NCBI GenBank assembly: GCA_964016885.1
Contig: OZ024740.1
Span: 320,292,001-320,356,000 of the forward strand
DNA: 64,000 bases
Direction of reading: 5' to 3'
Source of the DNA: Eledone cirrhosa
Taxonomy: Eukaryota
Made by a program: the position numbers and the translations under genes. This document shows positions 37,701 to 49,377 of the stretch, piece after piece (position 1 is the first letter of the stretch; each line of letters starts with the position of its first letter). The notes under the pieces are model-generated. The model saw only the letters and a program-made list of their open reading frames with translations, was not told where the DNA came from and did no database searches.

Positions 37701-40700
37701 TTACAGATATATACTCAGAGTCGGCCCATTCACTCGGGCCATTCTTGCTTCTCTCACCCATCTTTCAACAAAATGCTGGGAAGAGAGCACTTCCTTCTCT
37801 ACTCTGATTTTCCTTTTCAAATGAAATTTGAAAAAGTCAATCAGAGCATCACCGAAGAGGTAAGTGCTCGTCTTCAGCCCTTTCAAACGTGTCCACCATA
37901 CTATCTCTTTCGCCATGGCCACCAGACAGATAAAAACTGCCTGCCCTTCCCGGCTAAAGGAGGAGGGCGGGGCAATCCTCACGATAGACTCAGATGATAG
38001 CTGGATCCGTCCTAAACGCGACAGCAGGTGTTCGACATAAACCCACAAGTCAGCAATTTTCGGACACTGGACGAGTGCGTGCAGGACGGTTTCGTCGCCC
38101 TGCGCGCATCTCGGACATGCCCGGCTGACGGCACCTCCATGCCTGTAGAGTTTATCCCGAACTGGCAAGGCTCCTCGGTAGCACTGCCAGGCCAGAGATT
38201 TCTGGAAGTTGTCCATAGGCCCTGGTCCGAAAGTTCTTCCGAAGAGATTGGCTAGTTGATTTTCGTCGACGCCTAGAGTTTCCCCAAGTACGTCGTCGCT
38301 CTTCCCCTCCACTAATCCTCTATAGAACGCCGAGGTGGAGTTTCCACCGATCACATTGCCCGCTTGGTCGAGGGCTGTGAGCGCCTGAAGACATTCCAGT
38401 CTCCAGGCGCTCCCTCTCGGTCTTCGCTTGACCCAGGACTGCAGCTCCGTCAAGGAAACGAGCTGGGGAAAAACGCGTCTAGCAAACGGCGACCACACCT
38501 GATCACCGTCGAGGAAGAGGTGGAGATGTCGTAGCCTGAGCGCGTGCCTGCGCATCATCAGCCACGGCATGCCCAGCCCTCCACGTAGCGGGTGTTGACA
38601 ACAGATGGACCGCCTGACCATCGGAGCACGTCCCTTCCACAAAAAGCGAAAGAGCAAACGCTCCAGCGCAGTCAGGCGAGGCTTAGGACAAGGTACGACG
38701 GTTAGGCGGTAGCAGATGACAGACGCGATGTACGCGTTAGCCACCTCCGCTCGACCTTTCAGGGATAGCTTCCTCTCCGCCCATTTCTGGGTGAGAGAAG
38801 CCACCCTGCTCGTCACCTCGTCCCAGTTTTTGTCCGTCTGGAGGTCCGGACCGAACCAGACCCCTAGCAATTTAACCGGTCCGTCCGTCCAGCGTCCGAC
38901 GACGCTGTTGGACGGCATGGACCTGCCTCTCCAGGTGCCGAGCTGCAGGCCCACTGACTTTTCCTGGTTGATCATTGCTCCTGTCACCGCTTCGTATTCT
39001 CTTAGTGTAGTGCCGATCGCCTCGATGTGTTTGGCGTTCGACACCACTACGGTGACATCGTCCGCATATGCTGATACGGATCTTCCGCATCCTAGTTCGC
39101 GCGGGACCCCCCTCAACGTCTCCAGTTTGTGCAGTAATGGCTCGAGAGTCAATACGTACAAGAGGGACGAGAGGGGACATCCTTGGCGGACCGAGCGCAT
39201 GATGTTGAACGGTTCCGACAGGTGACCGTTCACTCTCACCACAGAGCAGATGTCGCTGTGCATGGCAGCGATCCAGCCTCTGAAGACGGGCCCAAAGCCA
39301 GCCGCCCTCAGGACTGCCGCTAGGTAACGATGGTCGACCCTATCGAAAGCTTTCGACTGATCTAAATTGATCAAGGACCCACCCGTGCCAGGTTCCCTAG
39401 CTACCCTCTCTACGATGTATCGCATGAGGTGGAGGTTGTCGTGGATGGATCTGTCGGGAATGGCGCATGTCTGCGCCTCTCCCACCAGACCACCAACGAC
39501 AAGCGCCAACCTCTTTGCTAGCACCTTGGCCAAAATCTTAAACTCTGTGTTTAGCAGAGTTATGGGCCGGAAATTGTCTATGTTATCCCCCTTTTTCGGA
39601 TCCTTTCTCAGCAGTGCCACCGCTCCTCGGCTCACAGAACTGGGAATTCTCCCGTTCTGTTGCCAGTTGCAGTAGACGTCCGCCAAGAGGCCTCCGAACA
39701 AGTCTGGCATCTGTACGTAAAGTTCATAGGGCAGACCATCCAAACCAGGCGATTTACCCCTTGTGCAGCCAGTCATTGCCTCCCGTACTTCAGCGGCTGT
39801 TATCGGCTTTTCGCAACACTTCGCCTCAGTGGCCGAGAGCCGCGGCAGTCCGTCGAGGTAGACACTAAAGTCCATCCCTCTACCCGGCCCCCCGCTGCCC
39901 CCGAACAGCTGAGCGAAGTGTCGCTGAAAAGCTTCACACATTTGCCCGGGATCGAGTAGCATGCGCCCGTCGTGGTCCACCAAAGACCGGATCGTGGCTT
40001 TGTTGCCACGACGCGCCTCCGCCACTCGGGCCCATTGAACGGCTTTCGTCCCCTCGTGTCTGAGAGCACGCACCCTAGCTCTGACAACGCAGCCTTCGTG
40101 CTTTGCATTGAAGAATTGGTCAAGGGCCAATTTCGCCGCAAGCACGTCGGTCGCAATGCCTTTGCTAAGCGCCTCGTCTAATTTTCTAACTAGTTCTCCC
40201 TCTGCTCTATTTTTCTCTATTGCTAAAGCCTTACTAAACCTAATCGATTCTATTCTAATCGCTCTTTTCAGAGCAAACCACCACTTGTTGTTGACGATGG
40301 CCCCCGTCAACGCCCGCTTAACTAGTTCGCTAATCCGGTCTCTGTAGGCCTTGCGCGCTGGTAAGGACGCGTTTAGCTTCCAGTAGCCGGGTCCTCGTCT
40401 ATGAAGCCTATCTAAGTCAAGCAGACAGGTCACGAATTTGTGGTCCGTGTAGCTGACTATCTTGAATTGTGGACAGCCTATGCTAGACCTATCTATTTCC
40501 CTACAAAATACTCTATCTAGATATGATCTGGATGACCCTACGCGGTTTGTCCAAGTCCACATTGGCACATTCGGGAAATCCAATCGGTACCTGTCAGACA
40601 GTTCAAAACGCCTGAGCAGGTTGGTGAGGCTCTTGCACCCTCCACCCCTATCCGCTAATCCCACACAGTCCCAGCGTGCATCTAAGATCCCGTTCCAGTC

Positions 40701-41120
40701 GCCCACTAACACTAAAGAGCGGGACGTTCCAAGAAAAGTCTCCAGACGCCGGAAGAAATCAGGCCGCCCTGCTCCTGTCGGGGCATAGACGGCCACTAGC
40801 CTGAAAGCTTGCCCGTCTCCGCTGGTCACGTCCAGCACCACCAGCTTACCCTCTGGGTCCAGGAAGATGGCCCGTATGGCGAGATCCAAACCTCTCCGAA
40901 AAAGTACAGCAACTCCTCCACCGGATCCAGGACGGCTGGGAGATGCGTACACATCGTAGCCGCCGAAGATCGGTGCGAAGGCCCGTGCTTCGGAGATTCT
41001 GGTCTCGCTGATGGCCACTACATCTATGTTTAGTGACCTGAGGTCGTTGAGCAGGTGACCCTGCTTCCATGACGACCCCAAGCCACGCGCATTTATGCTG
41101 CCTATTCTGAGTGAGGTCAT
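37701..41120 (-). CDS. Tx1 ORF2: AP endonuclease, reverse transcriptase and C-terminal Zn finger
   Basis: 1139 aa; SINARG, SET, GDWN, YLDRVF, TDH, YWKLN, KSPGLDG, NFRPITLLN, DQSKAFDRV, VRQGCPLS, YADD, GGLG, CPRC..ETVLHALVQC. Confidence 0.97.
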   Translation of the reverse strand: MTSLRIGSINARGLGSSWKQGHLLNDLRSLNIDVVAISETRISEARAFAPIFGGYDVYASPSRPGSGGGVAVLFRRGLDLAIRAIFLDPEGKLVVLDVTSGDGQAFRLVAVYAPTGAGRPDFFRRLETFLGTSRSLVLVGDWNGILDARWDCVGLADRGGGCKSLTNLLRRFELSDRYRLDFPNVPMWTWTNRVGSSRSYLDRVFCREIDRSSIGCPQFKIVSYTDHKFVTCLLDLDRLHRRGPGYWKLNASLPARKAYRDRISELVKRALTGAIVNNKWWFALKRAIRIESIRFSKALAIEKNRAEGELVRKLDEALSKGIATDVLAAKLALDQFFNAKHEGCVVRARVRALRHEGTKAVQWARVAEARRGNKATIRSLVDHDGRMLLDPGQMCEAFQRHFAQLFGGSGGPGRGMDFSVYLDGLPRLSATEAKCCEKPITAAEVREAMTGCTRGKSPGLDGLPYELYVQMPDLFGGLLADVYCNWQQNGRIPSSVSRGAVALLRKDPKKGDNIDNFRPITLLNTEFKILAKVLAKRLALVVGGLVGEAQTCAIPDRSIHDNLHLMRYIVERVAREPGTGGSLINLDQSKAFDRVDHRYLAAVLRAAGFGPVFRGWIAAMHSDICSVVRVNGHLSEPFNIMRSVRQGCPLSSLLYVLTLEPLLHKLETLRGVPRELGCGRSVSAYADDVTVVVSNAKHIEAIGTTLREYEAVTGAMINQEKSVGLQLGTWRGRSMPSNSVVGRWTDGPVKLLGVWFGPDLQTDKNWDEVTSRVASLTQKWAERKLSLKGRAEVANAYIASVICYRLTVVPCPKPRLTALERLLFRFLWKGRAPMVRRSICCQHPLRGGLGMPWLMMRRHALRLRHLHLFLDGDQVWSPFARRVFPQLVSLTELQSWVKRRPRGSAWRLECLQALTALDQAGNVIGGNSTSAFYRGLVEGKSDDVLGETLGVDENQLANLFGRTFGPGPMDNFQKSLAWQCYRGALPVRDKLYRHGGAVSRACPRCAQGDETVLHALVQCPKIADLWVYVEHLLSRLGRIQLSSESIVRIAPPSSFSREGQAVFICLVAMAKEIVWWTRLKGLKTSTYLFGDALIDFFKFHLKRKIRVEKEVLSSQHFVERWVREARMARVNGPTLSIYL

Positions 41121-41155
41121 GTTTAAAATAGAGTGGAAAAGATGGGAAAGACCAC

Positions 41156-43249
41156 TTACCGTACTTTTGGTAGAGGAGGGATGGTTTTTACATCCCTTTT
41201 CACTTGATCGTCTGGTGAAGGGACCGTTGAATCGTCCCTTCGGCTGGTCGTTGGCTCTTCTAAGAGAATGTCTGAGTATACTCTTCGATTGATGGTTCCT
41301 CCTAGGTCCCTGAAATCACCAACTGCGTTGGGGAATTTCGTTTTAATATTTGTGTATTGTTTCTGTGCTATTTTTAGCAGTCTTATGTTAGTTGGCGTTT
41401 TGATTGGTGCTGGTATTATGTAGTCCTGTTGTGAAATGTCTGTGTGTTCAATTATGTAAGTCATTAGTTTCTTGTTGTGTGTATTTATTGCCGTGCATTT
41501 GTTTTTCTGGGGGTGGGGTGTGGTTCTGCTATTTTCTTGTCGTTGTTGCTGGGTGTGTGTGTTTTGTTGTTGTGTTTGCGATGTTGGTGCTTGTGGTGGT
41601 GGTGTTGAAGGTGTTGTTGGCGGTGGGGTTGTCGCCGGTGGTGATGGTGGTGCTGGTGTGGGTGGTGATGGTGTTGGTGGTGTTGCTGCTGTGGGTCTCT
41701 TTACCCTTTTCTCATTTCTTTCCTCCCTTTTCAAAGGCGACGATGCGCTGCTTCTGCGTCTGTGCCTTCTTGCGACCTTTTGCCATCCCTCTCCCACCTC
41801 ACACTCCATGTCTGATTCTGTGAGGTCGGGGAGGGGTACCAGCTCCACTCTTTCACTTGTTGTTGTTGGTGATGTTTGCACTGGAGTCTCTGTTGCAGCT
41901 GCATTTGGTATTGCTGTTGTTGTTGTTAATATTTCCACTGCTGCTGCTGTTTTTGATTTCCGTGGAGTGGGTATGGGTGCCACGGACCTATCGTTCCTGG
42001 TTGCCGCTTGTCCTGTTGCTGGTAGCCGTGGAGCCGGATTCGGAAGGAGGGGGGTTTTCTCCTTTCTCAGGGTCTTCTCGTTGCAGAAGGCCCTGAGGTG
42101 AGTCTTCGATCCACAGCGAAAGCATTTCGGGCGTTTGCCCTCAACACTTATGGGCAGTTGAGTGCCGTTATCGAAGTCTATCACATCCGGGATAGCTTCG
42201 ATGCACTCCTGGTTGGTTTGGATTAGCATCTCAATGGAGGAGCCGACCCAATCTTCTCTTACTTTTTTCTGTACTTGCAGTACAGTTGTTTTGTCCTCGA
42301 TTCCGACGAGGACAGACGCGGCCAGCCAAGAAGGGGTCATTCCGGGGGGGGGGACGTGGGTCAGTTTGACCCTCACAATTTTTTGCCCGCAGTAGGAGGG
42401 CACCAACACCATTTCCTCGCTCCTTAGGGTCACTACTGATTGGGCCTTTGCCTCCTGGGGTGTGGCAAAAAGTACGTCTATGGTGGCATATTTTTTGCCT
42501 CGGGTGATGTGCGTTTTCCGCTGCCACACAGACCCCAAGGCTTTTTGTATGTGGGCCTCTGTGGCTCTTTCCACCCTACGGGATTTTGTACTTACTGTAC
42601 GGTACGTGACCGTACAGTGCTCTTGGGTTTCGAAAAATTTTTCCGCTGCCTTGCAGATTGCTCGGTGTCCGTTCTTTGTCACCATCTTCTTCGCTTCCTC
42701 TAATTCCTCATTTGTTATGAGGATTGTTTCCAAGTTTTTCGCAATACCTGCAAATGAGATTGGTTTTTCTCTGCTGCTGCTGTTGTTGTTGTCGTCAGAG
42801 CTGCTGGTACTTTTGTTGTTGCTGCAGGTACTACGACTACTGCCTCCGCCGCTGTTGCTGTGGTTGTTGTTGGTGTTGCTGCTGCTAATGCTGTTGTTGT
42901 TTATGCTGCTGGTGATGCTGTTGCGGCTGCTACTGTTGTTTTCATTGTCACTGTTGCTGTTGTTATTACGGCTGCTACTGCTATTATTCCTGACGTCAGA
43001 CGAATGAACTGGGTTTTCGTATTTCCCGCACACCTGTTTCGTCGCTGTCGTCGTCGTCGTGGAGAAACCTTGCACGCTTTGCACGAGACTTTTCTTTTCT
43101 TTCGTCACTTGCGAAATAGAAGGGAGGGAGAGAGACACATTTAAAGAAGGGAGGGAGAGAGACAATCTTCTCTCTGCTGTAGTGATGATTGAGGAAGAAG
43201 AAGACGGAATGAGTGGGAGTGACGTATGAAATTTCTTTTTCGTAGCCAT
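41156..43249 (-). CDS. Tx1 ORF1: nucleic-acid-binding protein with CCHC knuckle
   Basis: 697 aa; CFRCGSKTHLRAFC (CX2CX4HX4C); Ser/Asn-rich N-terminus and Pro/Thr-rich C-terminus; directly upstream of ORF2. Confidence 0.92.
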   Translation of the reverse strand: MATKKKFHTSLPLIPSSSSSIITTAERRLSLSLPSLNVSLSLPSISQVTKEKKSLVQSVQGFSTTTTTATKQVCGKYENPVHSSDVRNNSSSSRNNNSNSDNENNSSSRNSITSSINNNSISSSNTNNNHSNSGGGSSRSTCSNNKSTSSSDDNNNSSSREKPISFAGIAKNLETILITNEELEEAKKMVTKNGHRAICKAAEKFFETQEHCTVTYRTVSTKSRRVERATEAHIQKALGSVWQRKTHITRGKKYATIDVLFATPQEAKAQSVVTLRSEEMVLVPSYCGQKIVRVKLTHVPPPGMTPSWLAASVLVGIEDKTTVLQVQKKVREDWVGSSIEMLIQTNQECIEAIPDVIDFDNGTQLPISVEGKRPKCFRCGSKTHLRAFCNEKTLRKEKTPLLPNPAPRLPATGQAATRNDRSVAPIPTPRKSKTAAAVEILTTTTAIPNAAATETPVQTSPTTTSERVELVPLPDLTESDMECEVGEGWQKVARRHRRRSSASSPLKREERNEKRVKRPTAATPPTPSPPTPAPPSPPATTPPPTTPSTPPPQAPTSQTQQQNTHTQQQRQENSRTTPHPQKNKCTAINTHNKKLMTYIIEHTDISQQDYIIPAPIKTPTNIRLLKIAQKQYTNIKTKFPNAVGDFRDLGGTINRRVYSDILLEEPTTSRRDDSTVPSPDDQVKRDVKTIPPLPKVR

Positions 43250-43462
43250 GTTGTTGTTTTTTTAAATGAATATTGGGTACAAAACCACAATAACTGGTTA
43301 TTTAACCCCGAAGGGCCAAATAACGGACAGAAAGACCCCTCTCACGAGGAGGAGGGTGTCTTTATCAACAATTTGGTTCAAGTTTTAAACAATTTACAAT
43401 TGTTTTAACGGTTAAAAATTACTATACCTTACAGAGCCGAGCCTCCGTCAACCATGGCATTC

Positions 43463-43501
<39 letters not shown>

Positions 43502-43502
<1 letters not shown>

Positions 43503-46500
43503 TTTTCTTTATTAACCACAAGCGTTTACATAAAGTAGACATTAAGGACAGTACAGGACAATACAGGACGGTACAAATGGGCATTTCTGCGTGTAAAAAA
43601 AACAGAGGATGAAATAAAAATAACAAAGAAAAATTCCCCAATAGGGGGGGAGACTTCCGAGGGACATTTGTGGAGAAAGCCCATTAAAAGACCACAGTGG
43701 CCCTGACCACCAGGGCAAGTGCCCTCTCCCAGTTTTCCACCTTTAATTTACAGACACATACTCAGAGAAGGCCCATTCATTCGGGCCATACTTGCTTCTC
43801 TCACCCATCTTTCAACAAAATGCTGGGAAGAGAGCACTTCCCTCTCTTCCCTGATTTTCCTTTTCAGATGAAATTTGAAAAAGTTAATCAGGGCATCACC
43901 GAAGAGGTAAGTGCTCGTCTTCAGCCCTTTCAAACGTGTCCACCATACTATCTCTTTCGCCATGGCCACCAGACAGATAAAAACTGCCTGCCCTTCCCGG
44001 CTAAAGGAAGAGGGCGGGGCAATCCTCACGATGGACTCAGCTGATAGCTGGATCCGTCTTACACGTGACAGCAGCTGTTCGACATAAACCCACAAGTCAG
44101 CAATTTTCGGACACTGGACGAGTGCGTGCAGGATGGTTTCGTCGCCCTGTGCGCATCTCGGACATGCCCGGCTGACAGCACCTCCATGCCTGTAAAGTTT
44201 ATCCCGAACTGGCAAAGCACCCCGGTAGCACTGCCAGGCCAGGGATTTCTGGAAGTTGTCCATAGGCCCCGGCCCGAAAGTCCTTCCGAAGAGATTGGGT
44301 AGTTGATTTTCGTCGACGCCTAGAGTTTCTCCAAGTACGTCGTCGCTCTTCCCCTCCACTAATCCCCTATAGAACGCCAAGGTGGAGTTTCCACCGATCA
44401 CATTGCCCGATTGGTCGAGGGCTGTGAGCGCCTGAAGACATTCCAGTCTCCAAGCGCTCCCTCTCGGTCTTCGCTTGACCCAGGACTGCAACTTCGTCAA
44501 GGAGACGAGCTGGGGGAAAACGTGTCTAGCAAACGGCGACCACACCTGATCACCGTCGAGGAAGAGGTGGAGATGTCGTAGCCTGAGCGCGTGTCTGTGC
44601 ATCATCAGCCACGGCATGCCCAGCCCTCCACGTAGCGGGTGTTGACAGCAGATGGACCGCCTGACCATCGGAGCGCGTCCCTTCCACAAGAAGCGAAAGA
44701 GCAAACGCTCCAGCGCAGTCAGGCGGGGCTTAGGACAAGATACGACGGTCAGGCGGTAGTAGATGACGGACGCGATGTACGCGTTAGCCACCTCCGCTCG
44801 ACCTTTCAGGGATAGCTTCCTCTCCGCCCATTTCTGGGTGAGAGAAGCCACCCTGCTCGTCACCTCGTCCCAGTTTTTGTCCGTCTGGAGGTCTGGACCG
44901 AACCAGACCCCTAGCAATTTAACCGGTCCGTCCGTCCAGCGCCCGACGACGCTGTTGGACGGCATGGACCTTCCTCTCCAGGTGCCGAGCTGCAGGCCCA
45001 CTGACTTTTCCTGGTTGATCATTGCTCCTGTCACCGCTTCGTATTCTCTTAGTGTAGTGCCGATCGCCTCGATGTGTTTGGCGTTCGACACCACTACGGT
45101 GACATCGTCCGCATATCCAGCCTCTGAAGACGGGCCCAAAGCCAGCCGCTTTCAGGACTGTCGCTAGGTAACGATGGTCGACCCTATCGAAAGCTTTCGA
45201 CTGATCTAAATTGATCAAGGACCCACCCGTGCCAGGTTCCCTAGCTACCCTCTCTATGATGTATCGCATGAGGTGGAGGTTGTCGTGGATGGATCTGTCG
45301 GGAATGGCGCATGTCTGCGCCTCTCCCACCAGAGCACCAACGACAAGCGCCAACCTCTTTGCTAGCACCTTGGCCAAAATCTTGAACTCTGTGTTTAGCA
45401 GAGTTATGGGCCTGAAATATCTATGTTATCCCCCTTGTTCGGATCCTTTCTCAGCAGTGCCACCGCACCTCGGCTCACAGAGCTGGGAATTCTCCCGTTC
45501 CGTTGCCAGTTGCAGTAGACGTCCGCCAAGAGGCCTCCGAACAAGTCTGGCATTTGTACGTAAAGTTCATAGGGCAGACCATCCAAACCAGGCGATTTAC
45601 CCCTTGTGCAGCCAGTCATTGCCTCCCTTACTTCAGCGGCTGTTATCGGCTTTCCGCAACACTTCGCCTCAGTGGCCGAGAACCGCGGCAGTCCGTCGAG
45701 GTAGACACTAAAGTCCATCCCTCGACCCGACCCACTGCTGCCCTTGAACAGCTGAGCGAAGTGTCGCTGAAAAGCTTCACACATTTGCCCGGGATCGAGT
45801 AGCATGCGCCCGTCGTGGTCCACCAAAGACCGGATCGTGGCTTTGATGCCACGACGCGCCTCCGCTACTCGGGCCCATTGAACGGCTTTCGTCCCCTCGT
45901 GTCTGAGAGCACGCACCCTAGCTCTGACAACGCAGCCTTCGTGCTTTGCATTGAAGAATTGGTCAAGGGCCAATTTCGCCGCAAGTACGTCGGTCGCGAT
46001 GCCTTTGCTAAGCGCCTCGTCTAATTTTCTAACTAGTTCTCCTCTGCTCTATTTTTCTATATTGCCTTAATAAACCTAATGGACTCTATTCTAATCGCTC
46101 TTTTCAGAGCAAACCACCACTTGTTGTTGACGATGGCCCCCGTCAACGCCCACTTAACTAGTTCGCTAATCCGGTCTCTGTAGGCTTTGCGCGCTGGTAA
46201 GGACGCGTTTAGCTTCCAGTAGCCGGGTCCTCGTCTATGAAGCCTATCTAAGTCAAGCACACAGTCACGAATTTGTGGTCCGTGTAGCTGACTATCTTGA
46301 ATTGTGGACAGCCTATGCTAGACCTATCTATTTCCCTACAAAATACTCTATCTAGATATGATCTGGTTGACCGTATTCGGTTTGTCCAAGTCCACATTGG
46401 CACATTCGGGAAATCCAATCGGTACCTGTCAGACAGTTCAAAACGCCTGAGCAGGTTGGTGAGGCTCTTGCACCCTCCACCCCTATCCGCTAATCCCACA

Positions 46501-48707
46501 CAGTCCCAGCGTGCATGTAAGATCCCGTTCCAGTCGCCCACTAACACTAAAGAGCGGGACGTTCCTAGAAAGTTCTCCAGACGCTGGAAGAAATCAGTCC
46601 GCCCTGCTCCTGTCGGGGCATAGACGGCCACTAGCCTGAAAGCTTGCCCGTCTCCGCTGGTCACGTCCAGCACCCCCAACTTACCTTCTGGGTCCAGGAA
46701 GATGGCTCGTATGGCGAGATCTAAACCTCTCCGAAAAAGCACAGCAACTCCTCCCCCCAATCCAGGATGGCTGGGAGATGCGTACACATCGTAGCCGCCG
46801 AAGATCGGTGCGAAGGCCCGTGATTCGGAGATTCTGGTCTCGCTGATGGCCACTACATCTATGTTTAGTGACCTGAGGTCATTGAGCAGGTGGCCCTGCT
46901 TCCATGACGACCCCAAGCCACGCGCATTTATGCTGCCTATTCTGAGTGAGGTCATGTTGAAATGGAGTGGAAAAGATGGGAAAGACCACTTACCTTACTT
47001 CTCGTAGAGGAAGGATGGTTTCTCCATCCCTTTTCACTTGATCGTCTGGTGAAGGAACCGTTGAATCGTCCCTTCGGCTGGGGTCGTCGGCTCTTCTGTG
47101 AGTATATCCGAATATACTCTCCGGTTGAGTGTCCCTCTTAGGTCTCTGAAATCACCAACTGCGTTGGGGAATTTCCTTTTAATGTTTGTGTATTGCTTCT
47201 GTGCTATTCGTACCAGTCTTATGTTCGTTGGTGTTTTGATTGGTGCTGGTATTATGTAGTCGTGCTGTGAAATGTCTGTGTATTCAATTATGTAAGTCAT
47301 TAGTTTCTTGTTGTGTGTATTTATTGCTGTGCATTTGTTTTTCTGGGGGTGCGGTGTGGTTCTGATATTTTCTTGTTGTTGCAGGGTGTATGTGTTTTGT
47401 TGTGTTTGCGATGTTGGTGTTTGTGGTGGTGGTGTTGAAGGTGTTGTTGTTGTTGTTGGCGGTGGGGTTGCCGCCGGTGGTGATGGTGGTGCTAGTGTGG
47501 GTGGTGATGGTGTTGCTGCTGTAAGTCTCTTTGCAGTAGCCTTTACCCTTTTTTCATTTCTTTCCTCCCTTTTCGAAGGCGACGATGGGCTGCTTCTGCG
47601 TTTGTGCCTTCTTGCGACCTTTTGCCATCCCTCTCCCACCTCACACTCCATGTTCGATTCTGTGAGGTCGGGGAGGGGTACCAGCTCCATTCTTTCACTT
47701 GTTGTTGTTGGTGATGTTTGCAGTGGAGTCTCTGTTGCAGCTGCAGTTGGTATTACTGTTGTTGATGTTAATACTTCCACTGCTGCTGCTGCTCTTGATT
47801 TCCGTGGCGTGGGTATGGGTCCACGGACCTATCCTTCCTGGTTGCCGCCTGTCCTGTTGCTGGTAGCAGTGGAGCCGGTTTCGGAAGGAGGGGGGTTTTC
47901 TCCTTTCTCGGGGTCTTCTCATTGCAGAAGGCCCTGAGGTGAGTCTTCAATCCACAGCGAAAGCATTTGGGCGTTTGCCCTCAACACTTATGGGCAGTTG
48001 AGTGCCGTTATCGAAGTCTATCACATCCGGGATAGCTTCAAGGTACTCCTGGTTGGTTTGGATTAACATCTCAATGGAGGTGCCGACCCAATCGTCTCGT
48101 ACTTTTTTCTGTACTTGCAGTACAGTTATTTTGTCCTCGATTCCGACGAGGACAGACGCGGCCAGCCAAGAAGGGGCCATCCCGGGGGGGGGGGGTCAGT
48201 TTGACCCTCACAATTTTTTGTCCGCAGTAGGAGGGCACCAACACCATTTCCTTGCTCCTTAGGGTCACTAAGGATTGAGCCTTTGCCTCCTGGGGTGTAG
48301 CAAAAAGCACGTCCACGGTGGCATATTTCTTGCCTCGGGTGATATGCGTTTTCCGCTGCCACACAGACCCTAAGGCTTTTTGTATTTGAGCCTCTGTCGC
48401 TCTTTCAACCCTACGGGATTTTGTGCTTACTGTTCGGTACGTGACAGTGCAGTGCTGTTGGGTTTCGAAAGATTTTTCGGCTGCCTTGCAGATTGCTCGG
48501 TGTCCGGTTTTCGTCACCATCTTCTTTGCTTCCTGTAATTCCTCATTTGTTATAAGGATGGTTTCCAGGTTCTTTGCGATACCTGCAAACGAGATTGGTT
48601 TTTCTTTGTTGTTGTTGTTGTTGTTGTTGTCGTCAGAGCTGCTGTTACTTTTGTTGTTGCTGCTGGTACTACGACTGCCGCCGCCGCTGTTGCTGTTGCT
48701 GTGGTTG

Positions 48708-48749
<42 letters not shown>

Positions 48750-49377
48750 TTGTTGCTGTTGCTGCTAATGCTGTTGTTGTTTATGCTGCTGCTGATGCTG
48801 TTGCGGCTGCTACTATTGTTTTCCTTGTCACTGTTGCTGCTGCTGCTGTTATTACGGCTGCTACTGCTATTATTCATGACGTCAGACGAATGAAATGGCT
48901 TTCCGTATTTACCGCACACATTTTTCGTCGTTGTCGTAGTCGTGGAGAAATGTTCCTCGGTTTGCACGTGCTCTTGGAAACTATCAGAAACTATATTTTT
49001 CTTTTTCTTTACTGGCGTCGCTTGCGAAAGAGACGAGAGGGAGGGAGACACATTTAGAGAAGGGAGGGAGAGAGACAATCTTCTTTCTGATGTAGTGACG
49101 ATTGAGGAAGAAGAAGACGGAATGAGTGGGAGTGACTTGTGAAAATTCTTTTTTGTAGCCATGTTCTTTTTAAATTTAAAATGAATATTGAGCACAAAAC
49201 CCCAATAAGCGGCTATTTAACCCCGAAGGGCCAAATAACGGACAGAAAGACCCCTCTCACGAGGAGGAGGGTGTTTTTATCTATAATTTGGTTAAAGTTT
49301 TAAACAATTTACAATTGTTATAGCGGTTAAAAATTACTATACCTTACAGAGCCGAGCCTCCGTCAACCATGGCATTC
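43502..49377 (-). mobile_element. Tx1 element E1, full length, mutated sister of E2
   Basis: Same 5' end as E2 (gaatgccatggttgacggagg). ORF1 ~49162-46990 and ORF2 46955-43748 carry frameshifts and a ~203 bp RT deletion at ~45115. Confidence 0.95.

Larger units (their letters stand above)
37439..43462 (-). mobile_element. Tx1 element E2, full length and intact
   Basis: ~6.0 kb; both ORFs open; (ATT)n on both sides. Confidence 0.97.

Noticed and set aside
41404-43144. Plus-strand ORFs rich in Val/Leu/Gly/Cys overlapping Tx1 ORF1 (also at 24.8, 28.3, 29.3, 34.1, 35.2, 47.3 and 48.4 kb)
   Set aside because: Antisense shadows of low-complexity ORF1 coding sequence.
45100-45130. E1 RT deletion as a spliced-out intron
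   Set aside because: The deleted segment in E2 lacks GT..AG ends; the junction shows 2 bp microhomology instead.
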